From Chthoniobacteraceae bacterium (GTDB taxonomy: Bacteria; Verrucomicrobiota; Verrucomicrobiia; Chthoniobacterales; Chthoniobacteraceae), in assembly GCA_031409335.1 (NCBI GenBank), contig JANNWY010000168.1, forward strand, positions 1-30,862: a stretch of 30,862 nt of DNA. The letters are read 5' to 3'. Each line of letters starts with the position of its first letter. Within the stretch, counting starts at the first letter, position 1. Below, in pieces: positions 1 through 10,833 of this stretch. Below the pieces are notes generated by a model. It saw only the letters and a list, made by a program, of their open reading frames with translations, ran no database searches and was not told where the DNA came from. The translations under genes were made by a program, and so were the position numbers.

Positions 1-46
1 GTCTTTCACGTTCGGTTCGCGGGTTGGTTCCATTTTTTTGCTTCAT
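1..46 (-). CDS. Possible 5' end of a gene running off the left edge (ATG at 46 or, in another frame, at 33); product unknown
   Basis: Two minus-strand ATGs with frames open to the window edge, downstream of an AT-rich intergenic region divergent from hom; too short to identify. Confidence 0.25.
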   Translation of the reverse strand, partial: MKQKNGTNPRTERER

Positions 47-222
47 GGATTTGAGAAGCTAAACACATCTCCCAAAAAGTACATTTCTAGTAATTATAAA
101 CCGGCACCGCTGTTTTCATGCACCTCTTTTAATCACACCCACGGTCATGGGGCAGGCAACTCCCCGCTTGCCTCGCGCGTGATCGCCGCGCGATAGTCCG
201 CGCTCTTTTCCAGCCAAAAAAC

Positions 223-1518
223 ATGCAAACCATCGGAATCGGACTCGCGGGAATGGGCAATGTCGGCGCGGGTGTTTTCAAACACCTGACGCAGAATCGT
301 GCCCTGTTGCGCGAGCGGCTCGGGCTCGAGTTGGAGGTGAAAAAGATCGCGGTGCGCGATCCGAAACGCGATCGCGGCCTCGCGGTGCCGGCGGAATTGC
401 TGACGACGAATGCAATGGAGTTTCTCGATGATCCTTCGATTCAGATCATCGTGGAATTGATGGGACAGAAGGAGGAAAGCCTGCGGCTGGTGCTCGGCGC
501 GATCGAGCGGAAGAAGATCGTGGTGACGGGTAACAAGGCGCTGCTCGCGGAGCACGGGAAGGAGATTTTCGCGGCGGCGTTTGAGCACAAGGTGCCAGTG
601 TTTTTCGAGGCGGCGGTCGCGGGCGGGATTCCGATCATCAAGGCAATCCGCGAGGGGTTTGTTGCGAATCACATTCAGTCGATCCACGGGATCATCAATG
701 GCACGTCGAACTACATCCTGACGCGGATGACGGAAGCCGGCATGGGCTTTGCCGAGGCGCTCGCGGAGGCGCAGGCTGCGGGTTACGCGGAGGCCGATCC
801 GGCGCTCGATGTGAATGGCGGCGATGCGGCGCACAAGGCGATCATTCTGGCGTCGCTCGCGTATGGATTTTGGGTTCCGGGGGATGAGATTTTCGTGGAG
901 GGCATCGAAAAGCTGTCGGCGAGCGACATCGGTTTTGCGCGGAAACTCGGTTACGCGATCAAGCTGCTCGGCATCATCAAGGCCGACGCGGATGGGCCGA
1001 TCGAGGTGCGCGTGCATCCGACGCTGGTGCCCGAGAAGCATGTGCTGGCCAGCGTCAACGGCGTGTTCAACGCGCTCGCGGTGAAAGGCGATGTGGTCGG
1101 CGACTCGCTTTTTTACGGACGCGGCGCGGGGCAGGATGCGACCTCGAGCGCGGTCATCAGCGACATCGCGGAAGCCGCCGACGCGCTGCTTTCACCACGG
1201 CGAAATCTCGGCTTCATGCCGCACGGCCTTTACGGAACGTGCAAGCCGATTGGCGAAATCGTTTCGGAATATTACCTGCGCCTTTCCGTGGAGGATCGTC
1301 CCGGCGTGATCGCGCAGATCGCGGGCATCCTCGGTGAAAGTAACATCGGCATTTCCTCGATCCTCCAGCCAGAGGGCGACGAGGGCGCGACGGTGCCGCT
1401 CGTGCTGATGATTCACAAGGCGAGCCATGCGCAGATGTCCGGCGCGCTACGGCTCATCGGTGCGCTGGATTGCGTAAAGCGAGTCCCGCGGATGATCCGC
1501 GTGGAGCATTTCGTTTAG
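223..1518 (+). CDS. hom: Homoserine dehydrogenase with C-terminal ACT domain
   Basis: Rossmann GLAGMGNVG; VVTGNKA, FEAAVAGGIP, GIINGTSNYIL, GYAEADP, YGRGAG motifs; ACT-like YYLRLSVEDRPGVIAQIAGILG. Confidence 0.97.
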   Translation: MQTIGIGLAGMGNVGAGVFKHLTQNRALLRERLGLELEVKKIAVRDPKRDRGLAVPAELLTTNAMEFLDDPSIQIIVELMGQKEESLRLVLGAIERKKIVVTGNKALLAEHGKEIFAAAFEHKVPVFFEAAVAGGIPIIKAIREGFVANHIQSIHGIINGTSNYILTRMTEAGMGFAEALAEAQAAGYAEADPALDVNGGDAAHKAIILASLAYGFWVPGDEIFVEGIEKLSASDIGFARKLGYAIKLLGIIKADADGPIEVRVHPTLVPEKHVLASVNGVFNALAVKGDVVGDSLFYGRGAGQDATSSAVISDIAEAADALLSPRRNLGFMPHGLYGTCKPIGEIVSEYYLRLSVEDRPGVIAQIAGILGESNIGISSILQPEGDEGATVPLVLMIHKASHAQMSGALRLIGALDCVKRVPRMIRVEHFV

Positions 1519-1527
1519 CGGCGCGTC

Positions 1528-2220
1528 CTATCCGACGATGAGCACCGTCTCGTCGTCGCCCAGTTTCGGATCGAGAAAGGATTCGAGCGTGAAGCCCGAT
1601 GTCGTCATCGCAAAATAAACCGCCGCCGCCGCGGGCGGCAGCGGCAGGCTGCCGATGGCGAGGAACAGCCCGGCGTCGGAATGGCGGGGCGTGACTTCGC
1701 CCGGCCCGAAAACCGTCCAGTCCGCGCGATCGAAAACTGCCTTCAGCGCCATCGCGCGCGCGACGACGTGCGGGTCGTTTTTCGCGATCTGGATCGTGAT
1801 GGTTTGGCCGTCGTAGTTGCGCAGATTTTGGAGGAAAACTTCGGCGATATTCGTCGGCACGGTTTCGTCATCGTGGCGGTCGGAGTGCGCCAGCCATTTC
1901 CATTTTCGCTCGGGACGCTGGATGATGATTTCGAGAGGCAGCGCCCCAGCGCCCGCTTTCGCGGCTGCTTCCAAAGCGGCGACGCGGGCTTCGAGCGCGG
2001 CAATCTTCGCCGCAGGATCCCACAATTCGCCCGTCGCCGCAGCCTCGATCGGGGCGAGCGAGGGAGCCGGTTTTCCGGGCGCGCGGAGTTCCACCACGGC
2101 GCGGCATTTCGGGCATTGCACGCGGCGACGGCGGCCGATGGATGCGGTGCGGATGGGCGCGCCACACGACGGGCAGGGCGTCTCGGCGGTATCCTGGGAG
2201 GACGGGCGGAAGGCTTCCAT
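1528..2220 (-). CDS. Hypothetical protein with N-terminal Zn-ribbon (CPSC...CPKC) and short coiled coil
   Basis: CxxC-x16-CxxC, then IAALEARVAALEAA coiled coil; ORF fills the gap between hom and the next gene. Confidence 0.7.
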   Translation of the reverse strand: MEAFRPSSQDTAETPCPSCGAPIRTASIGRRRRVQCPKCRAVVELRAPGKPAPSLAPIEAAATGELWDPAAKIAALEARVAALEAAAKAGAGALPLEIIIQRPERKWKWLAHSDRHDDETVPTNIAEVFLQNLRNYDGQTITIQIAKNDPHVVARAMALKAVFDRADWTVFGPGEVTPRHSDAGLFLAIGSLPLPPAAAAVYFAMTTSGFTLESFLDPKLGDDETVLIVG

Positions 2221-2225
2221 GCGCG

Positions 2226-2615
2226 CTACGCGGCGGGCGGTTCCGCGGCGCTGAGAAATTCAATCTCCGCCGCGCTCAAGGATACGGGCGTCGCGCCGGG
2301 CGGTTTCGGAGATTGCGACCAAAGCGGAACGCGGACCTCCGCGGCACACGCCGGACACGTCACCAGCGTGCCCTCCAGCCGGGCATCGAGCCGCAATTTC
2401 GACTGGCATCGCCCGCAGAGAATCTTGATTTCGACCGCAAGAATATCGCGCGGAAGGACGGGGAGGAGGCTGACTTTTTCATGAGGAAATGACAGGAGCG
2501 AGGGGATGGGAACGATGCGGAGACAGCTTTGGCATTCGATCACCGCGCCGGCAAGGCTGGAGGCGATTTCGAGCGGTTTCCCGCAGATGACACAGTGGAA
2601 ACGGAGAACGTCCAT
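2226..2615 (-). CDS. Double Zn-ribbon hypothetical protein
   Basis: Four CxxC pairs (CVIC, CQSC, CGRC, CPAC) in two homologous repeats; start taken at MDVLRF (2615); ends 5 bp before the 2220 start. Confidence 0.72.
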   Translation of the reverse strand: MDVLRFHCVICGKPLEIASSLAGAVIECQSCLRIVPIPSLLSFPHEKVSLLPVLPRDILAVEIKILCGRCQSKLRLDARLEGTLVTCPACAAEVRVPLWSQSPKPPGATPVSLSAAEIEFLSAAEPPAA

Positions 2616-2795
2616 GACGTTTGTCTGGGCTGCGAAAAAGGCTGTGGGAAATGCCTCACGGAGCTTGACGGACGGATGCTGACATACCATTACTAGCGGT
2701 CAAGGTGAAATTGGACCGCAGTATATTGCGGTTTGAGCTTCGCAACCCTGACCGTTTCATCCGCCAGTCGCGAAGGCACCGGCACCCGCAAGATC

Positions 2796-3788
2796 ATGAA
2801 TCCACTCGCGCCATTCTCAGGAAATTCCTTGCAATCGCAGACCGCCGAAATCCAATCCGGCCGCCTGCAATTCATCCAGCAGACATTCCCGGAAACGCAG
2901 GGCGAAATCGGCGGCGGACGCAGCCGTTCGGAATGGGTGCGCTGGATTCACGACCGGCTTTTCAATGACGGCTGGCAGGTGAACGCCGTGCGCTCCGAAC
3001 TCGCCCGCACGCAGCCCGCCGCGCAGGTGATCGCGGTGACGAGCGGCAAGGGCGGCGTGGGAAAAACGACGTTCGCCGTGAATCTCGCGGTCGCCTTCGC
3101 GCAGCAGGGAAAGCGCGTGCTGCTGTTCGACGCCGATCTCGGCATGGCGAATGTCCACGTTTTCGCCGGTGTGAATCCGACGGCGACGATCCTCGATTTC
3201 ATCGACGGCCGCGCCACGCTCGAAAGCATCCTCGTTTCCGGCCCCGCCGGAATCCGCATCGCGTGCGGCGCATCGGGCGTCGGTCGCCTCGCCGATCTGA
3301 GCGAGCGCGTGCTGGAAACGCTCGGGCGCGAGCTGATGCGCGTGGCGCTGGGATTCGACGTGCTCATCATCGACACGGGCGCGGGCGTCGCGCCTTCGGT
3401 GATGCATTTCCTGGCGATCGCGCACGATGCCGTGGTCATCGCCACGCCAAATCTCGCCTCCACGCTCGATGCGTACGGTGTGGTGAAAGTGGCGCACGAA
3501 CAGCGGCTGCGGACGCGGCTGCATCTGCTCGTAAATGAGGCCGACGACGAAACGCAGGCCGCCGCCGTGACCGCACGCGTCACCGGCTGCGCGAACCGTT
3601 TTCTAAAAAGCACGCCCGGCGACCTCGGTTTCCTGCGGCGCGATCCGGCGTTCGAGCAGTCGAATCAACAGCGCCGCCCGCTGCTGCTCGCCCAGCCCAC
3701 CAGCATCCCCGCGCAGCGCATCGCGCAGATCGCCGCGCGCCTCGCCGCGGATCGCGTCCCGACGGCGAACGCCTCCGCCGCCGCGTAA
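2796..3788 (+). CDS. FlhG/FleN-like MinD/ParA-family ATPase
   Basis: Deviant Walker A SGKGGVGKTT, DADLGMAN, IIDTGAG, TLDAYG; start uncertain (2733 TTG or 2796 ATG). Confidence 0.88.
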   Translation: MNPLAPFSGNSLQSQTAEIQSGRLQFIQQTFPETQGEIGGGRSRSEWVRWIHDRLFNDGWQVNAVRSELARTQPAAQVIAVTSGKGGVGKTTFAVNLAVAFAQQGKRVLLFDADLGMANVHVFAGVNPTATILDFIDGRATLESILVSGPAGIRIACGASGVGRLADLSERVLETLGRELMRVALGFDVLIIDTGAGVAPSVMHFLAIAHDAVVIATPNLASTLDAYGVVKVAHEQRLRTRLHLLVNEADDETQAAAVTARVTGCANRFLKSTPGDLGFLRRDPAFEQSNQQRRPLLLAQPTSIPAQRIAQIAARLAADRVPTANASAAA

Positions 3789-3824
3789 TTTTCCGACCAG
3801 CCCCCCGCCAACCAAACGACCGCC

Positions 3825-4775
3825 ATGAATCCACCGCTCGAAAACTACAGCCCCGCTCCATTCCACGTCGCGACGCTTCCCAGCGATCCCTTTTCCGACC
3901 TCGTCTCCGCGCCCGCCGCCGCACCCGAGCCGCCGCCCGCCGCCATCGTCCCGTTCCCGCCCGCGGGCGATTTCATCCGCCACTACGGACTGCGCGAAAA
4001 TCCCTTCGCCGACTCCGTGCATCCCGCATTTTTTTTCCGCACCGAGGCCCACACGGAGGCGTTTCGCGACATGATGCTTGCGGTGGAATTCCAGGCATCG
4101 CTCGGCATGGTCACCGGGCCGAGCGGCACGGGGAAAACGCTGCTCACGCAACTGCTGCTCCAGAATTTCGACGAGCCATCGCTGCGCGCGATCCTCGTCC
4201 TCGTCACGCCCGGCCTCAGCAAGACCGGCCTGCTCCGCGAGATCCTCTCCGAGCTGAATCTCGCGCTGCCCGTCGGCAACGCGCGCGTGCAGGATCTCGT
4301 GAAAGCGTTGGGCAATCACATCATCGAACTGCACGAGCAGGGCCGCCGGCTCGTCATCATCATCGACGAATGCCATCTGCTTTCCGCCGACTGCCTGCAC
4401 ATCGTCCGGACCATCAGCAACATCGAAATTCCCGCGCAAAAGCTCGTCACCTGCCTGCTCTTCGCCGAGTCGCGCCTCCAAACACGCCTCGCCCATTCCA
4501 GCTACGACTCGCTGCGCAACCGCATCTACCTGCGCAATCAGCTCCGCCCGCTCAATGCCGACGAAGCTGCCCAATACATCAAATACCGCCTGATGACCGC
4601 CGGCCGCCTCACCGACCTCTTCACCGAGCCCGCGCTCAAGGCGCTGTGCGAACACTCTGGCGGCATCTGCCGAAGCCTAAACAAACTCGCGATGCTGAGT
4701 CTGCTCGAAGGCTCGAACCAACAGGGAGCCACGATCGATGAAGCCATCGTCGCCCGTGCTGCCCGCCGGATGTGA
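3825..4775 (+). CDS. ExeA/GspA-family AAA ATPase (no C-terminal peptidoglycan-binding domain)
   Basis: HYGLRENPF, Walker A GPSGTGKT, Walker B IIIDECH, SGGICRSLNKL. Confidence 0.9.
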   Translation: MNPPLENYSPAPFHVATLPSDPFSDLVSAPAAAPEPPPAAIVPFPPAGDFIRHYGLRENPFADSVHPAFFFRTEAHTEAFRDMMLAVEFQASLGMVTGPSGTGKTLLTQLLLQNFDEPSLRAILVLVTPGLSKTGLLREILSELNLALPVGNARVQDLVKALGNHIIELHEQGRRLVIIIDECHLLSADCLHIVRTISNIEIPAQKLVTCLLFAESRLQTRLAHSSYDSLRNRIYLRNQLRPLNADEAAQYIKYRLMTAGRLTDLFTEPALKALCEHSGGICRSLNKLAMLSLLEGSNQQGATIDEAIVARAARRM

Positions 4776-4938
4776 TGTCCGGCCAACCCCGGCATTTCTC
4801 AAAGACCGACCTGCGCCGCGGGCTGTTCACCAAGGGCGAAAAGGCGACCGATTCACAGCCGCCCGCCGTCGAAGTCGCGACAGGCGAGGACGAGCAAATG
4901 CTGTTATTTGGAGAAGTGGCGGCGGCAGCCCCGGCGCA

Positions 4939-5175
4939 TCACGGCCAGCAAAACCAATCGCCCACATTCCGCCAAAATCGATCGCCGAAAATTCCGGAGA
5001 TGACGCCGCAGACCAGCGCGGCACCGCCGACGTAGATCAAACCCGTCGCATTGAAAACGCTGCCGGAATGTGGGGACTTCGCCCAAATGCTGAAGCCAAT
5101 GCCTGCGCCGAAAACCGCTTCGCACAGGAAATGAACGAGGCATCCGAGCCAGTCGAATCGCGCGCCGTGGTTCAT
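4939..5175 (-). CDS. Small two-TM membrane protein
   Basis: Two hydrophobic Gly-rich segments and a C-terminal FGDRFW motif; protein-like composition; downstream of recA on the same strand. Confidence 0.6.
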   Translation of the reverse strand: MNHGARFDWLGCLVHFLCEAVFGAGIGFSIWAKSPHSGSVFNATGLIYVGGAALVCGVISGIFGDRFWRNVGDWFCWP

Positions 5176-5203
5176 CGAGTGCGATCTATTTCAGACCAGT
5201 CAT

Positions 5204-5365
5204 CCTGGAAAAGGCGGTGAAGTTGCCGCGGATAACGCGGAAGACACTGAGAAGCGGGAATTTGAATGGCGGACTCGGAACAGTATCCTCGGAATTCAAG
5301 TTTCTGCTTATCCGCGTTTTCCGCATCGTCCGCGTTCTTCGCGGTAATATTCATCGCCGTTTTTT
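5204..5365. repeat. Intergenic palindromic element (copy A) with inverted arms built of GCGGAnnAC 9-mers
   Basis: Left arm ggcggtgaagttgccgcggataacgcggaagacac; right arm reverse complement ggcgatgaatattaccgcgaagaacgcggacgatgcggaaaacgcggataag. Confidence 0.7.
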
Positions 5366-5398
5366 CGGTCGTCGCGCGTCGGCATCAACGCACGAAGG

Positions 5399-6430
<1,032 letters not shown>

Positions 6431-6744
6431 GATGGGAGATGATTTGTGGGTTGGCGCGGATGCTATTCGCCGCCCCCCGGCGCGGAAGGAAAATATGCGC
6501 CGCGCCTCAACTTGTCCCCAAAACGCCGTGGCCCCGCACTACTCCGCGTCGCTGCTGGATTGCCTCCGCCTGAATCCGCTGCGGGCGGGTCTCGCTCTAG
6601 CGGAGGGGCCGGGGCTGCTGGAAGATTGCGGGAGAAGTGCGCGGAGCGATGTGCGAAAGCGGGAACACGCGCGCGGGCAATTCGGCAACAGAGCACCCGC
6701 TCGCGGGGTGCCTCCGCGATGTTCGGTAGGCGCGAAAATCGTGA

Positions 6745-8139
6745 CTACTCTTTCGGCCACGATGGCAGCGTATCGAGGCGCTGTTTCAGCTCAACGATCA
6801 CCGCCGCGTGCGCTGGTTTGGCGGAAACATCGTGCGTCTCCTCCGGGTCCGCGTCGTGGTCGTAGAGTTCGCTCGCACCGTCGCTCCACCGCGTGAAACG
6901 CCACCGCGTGGTGCGCACGCTTTGTCCGAAATTTTTCGGGCCGCGCGTGACGAGCGTGAAGGCCGCGCCGCGATGCTCGCGAGTCGCATCCTCCAGCACG
7001 GGGCGCAGGCTTTTTCCAGCAATCGCGGACGGCGGCTTTTGGCCGCAGAGGTCGGCGATGGTGGGATAGATGTCCACAAACTCGACCGGCGTGCGGCTGA
7101 TTTGTCCGCCCTTTACTCCGGGGGCGGCGATGATTAGCGGGGAGCGGCAGGAGCGTTCGAAGAGCGTGCTTTTATTCCACCAGCCACGTTCGCCGAGGTG
7201 ATAGCCGTGATCGCCCAAGAACACGACGATGGTGTTGTCCGCGAGCTTTAGCCGGTCGAGTGAATCCAGCAGGCGTCCGACTTGCGCGTCCATGAACGAC
7301 ACGCCCGCGAGGTAGGCTTGCAGAAAACTGCGGCGATCGTCGTCGCTAAACTCGGCGAATGTTTTGTCCCAGCCTTTTGGCACCGCGAACGGCGGCGGTG
7401 CGCTGGCATCGGCCGGCTCGCGGTAGAGCGGCAGGGTGTCGCGCGGGTAAAGGTCGAAGTATTTGCGCGGCGAATGAAACGGGTCGTGCGGGCGGTTGAA
7501 TCCCGCCGCGATCAGCCACGGTTTGCCGTCGGCGCTGAGTGCCTCCATCGCGCGAATCGCGGCGGCGGCAGTCTGCGCGTCGGGTTGCGCGTCCTCGGGA
7601 CCGTCCATGATTCCGACTTCGCACCACGCGAGTTTTCCGGCGGTGAGATTGCGCATTTCGCCTTCCCGTTTCACCGCAGTCGGCGCGATGGCTTCGGCTT
7701 TGTCCCACGATTTCCCGATGTCGAGCCAGTCCGCACGCTGGCCCTCGCCGGTGTTGGCAGTGTGATAGATTTTTCCAAACGAATGTGTCGTCCACCCGCC
7801 CTGCCGGAGGAGCTGCGGCAGCGTCACCACGTCCGGCCATTTCTCGCGAAAGAAGGTCTGGTTGCCGACGATCCCCGTCTCTTCACAGCGCAGCCCGCTC
7901 AACAGCGAACTGCGGCTCGGATTGCACACCGGATACTGCACGTACGCGCGCTCGAATCGCACCCCGCGCGCCGCGAGCCGGTCGAGATTTGGCGTCTTCA
8001 CGAGTTGCCGGGTGAACACACCGCCGTAGTCGCGCAGGTCATCGGCGATGATGATGATGACGTTCGGCGGCGAGTCTGCCGCGAAAGCGCGGCTGCACAG
8101 AGCGCAGGCGAGTGTGATGAGAGCGATAAGTTGTTTCAT
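6745..8139 (-). CDS. Secreted formylglycine-dependent (S1) sulfatase, iduronate/choline-sulfatase-like
   Basis: Signal peptide MKQLIALITLACALCSRAFA; PNVIIIIADDL; CNPSR (CxPxR); GKIYH; RPHDPF; GDHGYHLGE..WWNK. Confidence 0.95.
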   Translation of the reverse strand: MKQLIALITLACALCSRAFAADSPPNVIIIIADDLRDYGGVFTRQLVKTPNLDRLAARGVRFERAYVQYPVCNPSRSSLLSGLRCEETGIVGNQTFFREKWPDVVTLPQLLRQGGWTTHSFGKIYHTANTGEGQRADWLDIGKSWDKAEAIAPTAVKREGEMRNLTAGKLAWCEVGIMDGPEDAQPDAQTAAAAIRAMEALSADGKPWLIAAGFNRPHDPFHSPRKYFDLYPRDTLPLYREPADASAPPPFAVPKGWDKTFAEFSDDDRRSFLQAYLAGVSFMDAQVGRLLDSLDRLKLADNTIVVFLGDHGYHLGERGWWNKSTLFERSCRSPLIIAAPGVKGGQISRTPVEFVDIYPTIADLCGQKPPSAIAGKSLRPVLEDATREHRGAAFTLVTRGPKNFGQSVRTTRWRFTRWSDGASELYDHDADPEETHDVSAKPAHAAVIVELKQRLDTLPSWPKE

Positions 8140-8335
8140 TTTCGAGAGGAGAATATTTCCCTCGCTGTCTTTGTCTATCTTTACGGCAGCTAGCATTTCG
8201 TTGTGCTCTTACATGAACATCAGATGCTAAAAAATGCGCGTCAATCGAGATGCCCGTCAGTGAGGTACACGATTCCTTGCACAAGGCGGACTCCGTGCAA
8301 TTGCCCTAAGCCAATGGATTCCGCAAAGCTCTGCA

Positions 8336-8377
8336 CCAAAAAGGAATCGGGTGCCAAACGGCACCCGATTCGTTTTT
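8336..8377. terminator. Intrinsic terminator, probably for the FN3-like gene; possibly bidirectional
   Basis: Perfect 12-bp stem gaatcgggtgcc-aaac-ggcacccgattc (8344-8371) with T-runs following it on both strands. Confidence 0.85.
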
Positions 8378-8409
8378 AACCAACCATCATATCGTCTCAA
8401 CCGCCGACT

Positions 8410-9120
8410 TTATGGAACGATGAGTTCATTACTAGGCAAGGAGGCTAGATGGTCGCTATCGTAAGCTCTCACGACGATTCGCGCCCCGGATGCGGAGCGG
8501 GGCAGCCTCAGCACTGTCGTGCCAAAACAATACTGTGAGCAGGTGGGAATTTCTGTGAACTGCGGGTCACCAACAACGATGTAGGTATATTGAAATTGGT
8601 CCGCCCGCGTATTGTCGTCAGCCGGAGTTTCCCAGACAATATCAACGTAGGTGGGGGTCACGGCACCCACCTGAATCACAGGCGCACTGGGTGCCGACGC
8701 GGCAAGCGAGGCTGTGCGGAAGGAAAACCTGGTGAACCCGGAGTTGACCAATCGGCCCCTGATCGAGACACGACGCATTTCAAACACATAATCACTATTC
8801 GGCACCAGCCCGGAGATGCTGACTGTTCGGCCGGACGTGACCCCAATTGGAAAGACCAATTCGAATGGCTGGACAGGTCCACTAATGTATCGCACGGCAA
8901 GGACGTAACCGCCGTCAGGAGTTTCAGTCGCCGTAGCTGTGGTTGCGCTTACGGATAAGACTTGCACACCTACTGGTGGCGGGACGGTAGGAATGGGTCT
9001 TGGCGGACGAATCCGTTGGGCGTGCGAGGTGCCGACGCCCAAGGTGAATACTGCGATAGCCAATGCTGTTACCGTCATCCAAGCTGATAGCTGACGCGAG
9101 GAACGTGAGATAAGTTTCAT
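8410..9120 (-). CDS. Secreted protein with two fibronectin type III-like domains
   Basis: Signal peptide ending SHA-Q; ISGLVPNSDYVFEM and APSAP...VTPTYVDIVWETPADD...VRAYD..LASLPSN FN3-like patterns; start at MKLISR. Confidence 0.72.
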   Translation of the reverse strand: MKLISRSSRQLSAWMTVTALAIAVFTLGVGTSHAQRIRPPRPIPTVPPPVGVQVLSVSATTATATETPDGGYVLAVRYISGPVQPFELVFPIGVTSGRTVSISGLVPNSDYVFEMRRVSIRGRLVNSGFTRFSFRTASLAASAPSAPVIQVGAVTPTYVDIVWETPADDNTRADQFQYTYIVVGDPQFTEIPTCSQYCFGTTVLRLPRSASGARIVVRAYDSDHLASLPSNELIVP

Positions 9121-9275
9121 TGTGTTTGTTTGTTTAGGTTGATGGGTTCGCTTGATATTTCGATGCGTTTGACTTTCTGGCTCTAGTCGCTGCGATAGGT
9201 GGTCGAGCAACCGATGCAGCAATTCGAGGAGACTCCGAGTGCGAGGGTTATTCCCGACCGCATGAAATAAATATG

Positions 9276-9434
9276 CCTGGAAGCGGCGATGGAGATTGCC
9301 GCGGAGGACGCGGAAAACGCGGATGAGGAAGAGGTCGCGTCCCGTATCGCCGGGAGGGCGTCGTTCACCCAGTGGGTGCACGGGTCAAGGTCCGCGATCT
9401 TCCCGTTGCCGGTGTCTTCCGCGTCGTCCGCGGC
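9276..9434. repeat. Intergenic palindromic element (copy B), same family as copy A, opposite orientation
   Basis: Left arm ggcgatggagattgccgcggaggacgcggaaaacgcggatgag; right arm gtgtcttccgcgtcgtccgcggc. Confidence 0.7.
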
Positions 9435-9466
9435 GGCGCGCGGTGGAGAAAGCCCTTTCGGGAAGG

Positions 9467-9494
9467 TTGCATCCTGTTGCCGGGCGGCTACTAT
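9467..9494 (+). promoter_or_regulatory. Candidate sigma70 promoter of the exbB operon
   Basis: TTGCAT-N16-TACTAT, 15 nt upstream of the ATG at 9510. Confidence 0.4.
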
Positions 9495-9509
9495 TCGCCA
9501 CCAAATTTC

Positions 9510-10406
9510 ATGAAACCCATCGCATTCTTTCTTTCCGTGATGTGCGCCGTGTTGACGGTGCTCGGACAGGGGGCCGCCATCGCGCAGACAGCCGCCGATC
9601 CGGCAAAGGGGAAGGTGCCGCTCCCGGCTGAGGCCGCAATCCCGGCCCGGACCGCGCCCGCGGCGGCGGATGACGTGATACGCATCCCAGCGGCGGGAAC
9701 GGCCGCACCGGAAGCGGATGATTCGGGCAGGACGAATCTGTGGAGACTGGTGCGCAGCGGGGGCTGGGCGATGATCCCGCTAGGGGCGCTTTCGGTGATC
9801 ACGGTGATGCTGGTATTCGTCTATCTCGTGACGCTGCGGCGCGGGGCGATCCTCACTCCTCACTATATGAATACGGCGGATGTGCTTTTGAAAAAGCGCG
9901 ACTATCTCGGCCTCCTGGCGATCTCCAGCCGGCACAGTGAAGCGGTGGCGCGGGTGGTGCAGCGGACGCTGGATTTTGCCACGAAGAATCCCAACGCCAC
10001 TTATGAAACCGTGCGCGACATCGCGGAAACCGAGGGCAGCGCGCAGGCGGCTTCGCTCCAGCATCGGACGACTTATCTCGCGGACATCGGAATGCTTTCG
10101 CCGATGATCGGGCTGCTCGGGACGGTATTTGGGATCATCAATTCCTTCGGCGTGCTCGCGTCGGGGAACACCACGCAATCGCGCGACGTGCTACTTGCCG
10201 CCGGCGTTTCGGAGGCGCTCGTCGCCACGGCATCGGGGCTGATCCTCGGCATCGTCGCGATGGCGTTTTACTCGCTGTTTCGGAATCGCGTGCAGAGCCT
10301 CATCTCCGATCTCGAAATCGCGTCGGCGCATGTGATGGGGCTGATCGCGCTGAACTATAACAAGAAGCGCGAGCAGTCGCGGCTCGCGGTCGAGGACGAA
10401 TTCTGA
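9510..10406 (+). CDS. MotA/TolQ/ExbB proton channel protein with N-terminal signal and Pro/Ala-rich extension
   Basis: GGWAMIPL, SPMIGLLGTVFGII, GVSEALVATASGL. Confidence 0.93.
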   Translation: MKPIAFFLSVMCAVLTVLGQGAAIAQTAADPAKGKVPLPAEAAIPARTAPAAADDVIRIPAAGTAAPEADDSGRTNLWRLVRSGGWAMIPLGALSVITVMLVFVYLVTLRRGAILTPHYMNTADVLLKKRDYLGLLAISSRHSEAVARVVQRTLDFATKNPNATYETVRDIAETEGSAQAASLQHRTTYLADIGMLSPMIGLLGTVFGIINSFGVLASGNTTQSRDVLLAAGVSEALVATASGLILGIVAMAFYSLFRNRVQSLISDLEIASAHVMGLIALNYNKKREQSRLAVEDEF

Positions 10407-10419
10407 GCCCAGTGACCCG

Positions 10420-10833
10420 ATGAAACTCCGCAAGCGCGAGGCTCCGAACCTGATCGGATTTCAGATCGCACCGATGGTGGACATTCTGCTCGTGCTGCTG
10501 TGCTTTTTCATCGTGACATGGAGTTTTGCGCGGAAGGAAAACGAACTCGACGTGAAGGTGCCCGCGGCGCAAAGCGGGAAGGAGGCGAATCCGGTGATCA
10601 ACCAGACGGTGCTGAATGTGAAGAAGGACGGGCAGGTCGTGTGGAATCGCAAGGCCACGTCGCTCGATGAACTCGGCGCGAAGCTGCGCCAGCTCTCCAA
10701 ACTTTACCCCGACTACGCGATCATCCTGCGCGGCGATGAAAACGTGGACTACAAATTCATCGTCAACGTCCTCGACACGTGTCGCGACGCGAACATCTGG
10801 AACGTCGCATTCGCGACCGGCAAAGTGGAATGA
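10420..10833 (+). CDS. ExbD/TolR biopolymer transport protein
   Basis: IAPMVDILLVLLCFFIV TM with the conserved Asp; IILRGDENVDY. Confidence 0.93.
   Translation: MKLRKREAPNLIGFQIAPMVDILLVLLCFFIVTWSFARKENELDVKVPAAQSGKEANPVINQTVLNVKKDGQVVWNRKATSLDELGAKLRQLSKLYPDYAIILRGDENVDYKFIVNVLDTCRDANIWNVAFATGKVE

Noticed and set aside
4772..5035. 87-aa ORF coupled to the ExeA-like stop
   Set aside because: Overlaps the more protein-like 4939-5175 minus-strand ORF by 97 bp and has a low-complexity tail; not excluded (it could be a truncated partner gene) but unsupported
5172..5354. Small ORFs such as MNITAKNADDAENAD and MEIAAEDAENAD (9289-9513)
   Set aside because: Translations of the 9-bp-period palindromic repeat arms
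6431..6744. LexA box upstream of recA; loose GC-rich hairpin at about 6535-6640
   Set aside because: No TGTTC-N4-GAACA or other recognisable SOS box seen; the hairpin pairing is patchy and plausible by chance at this GC content
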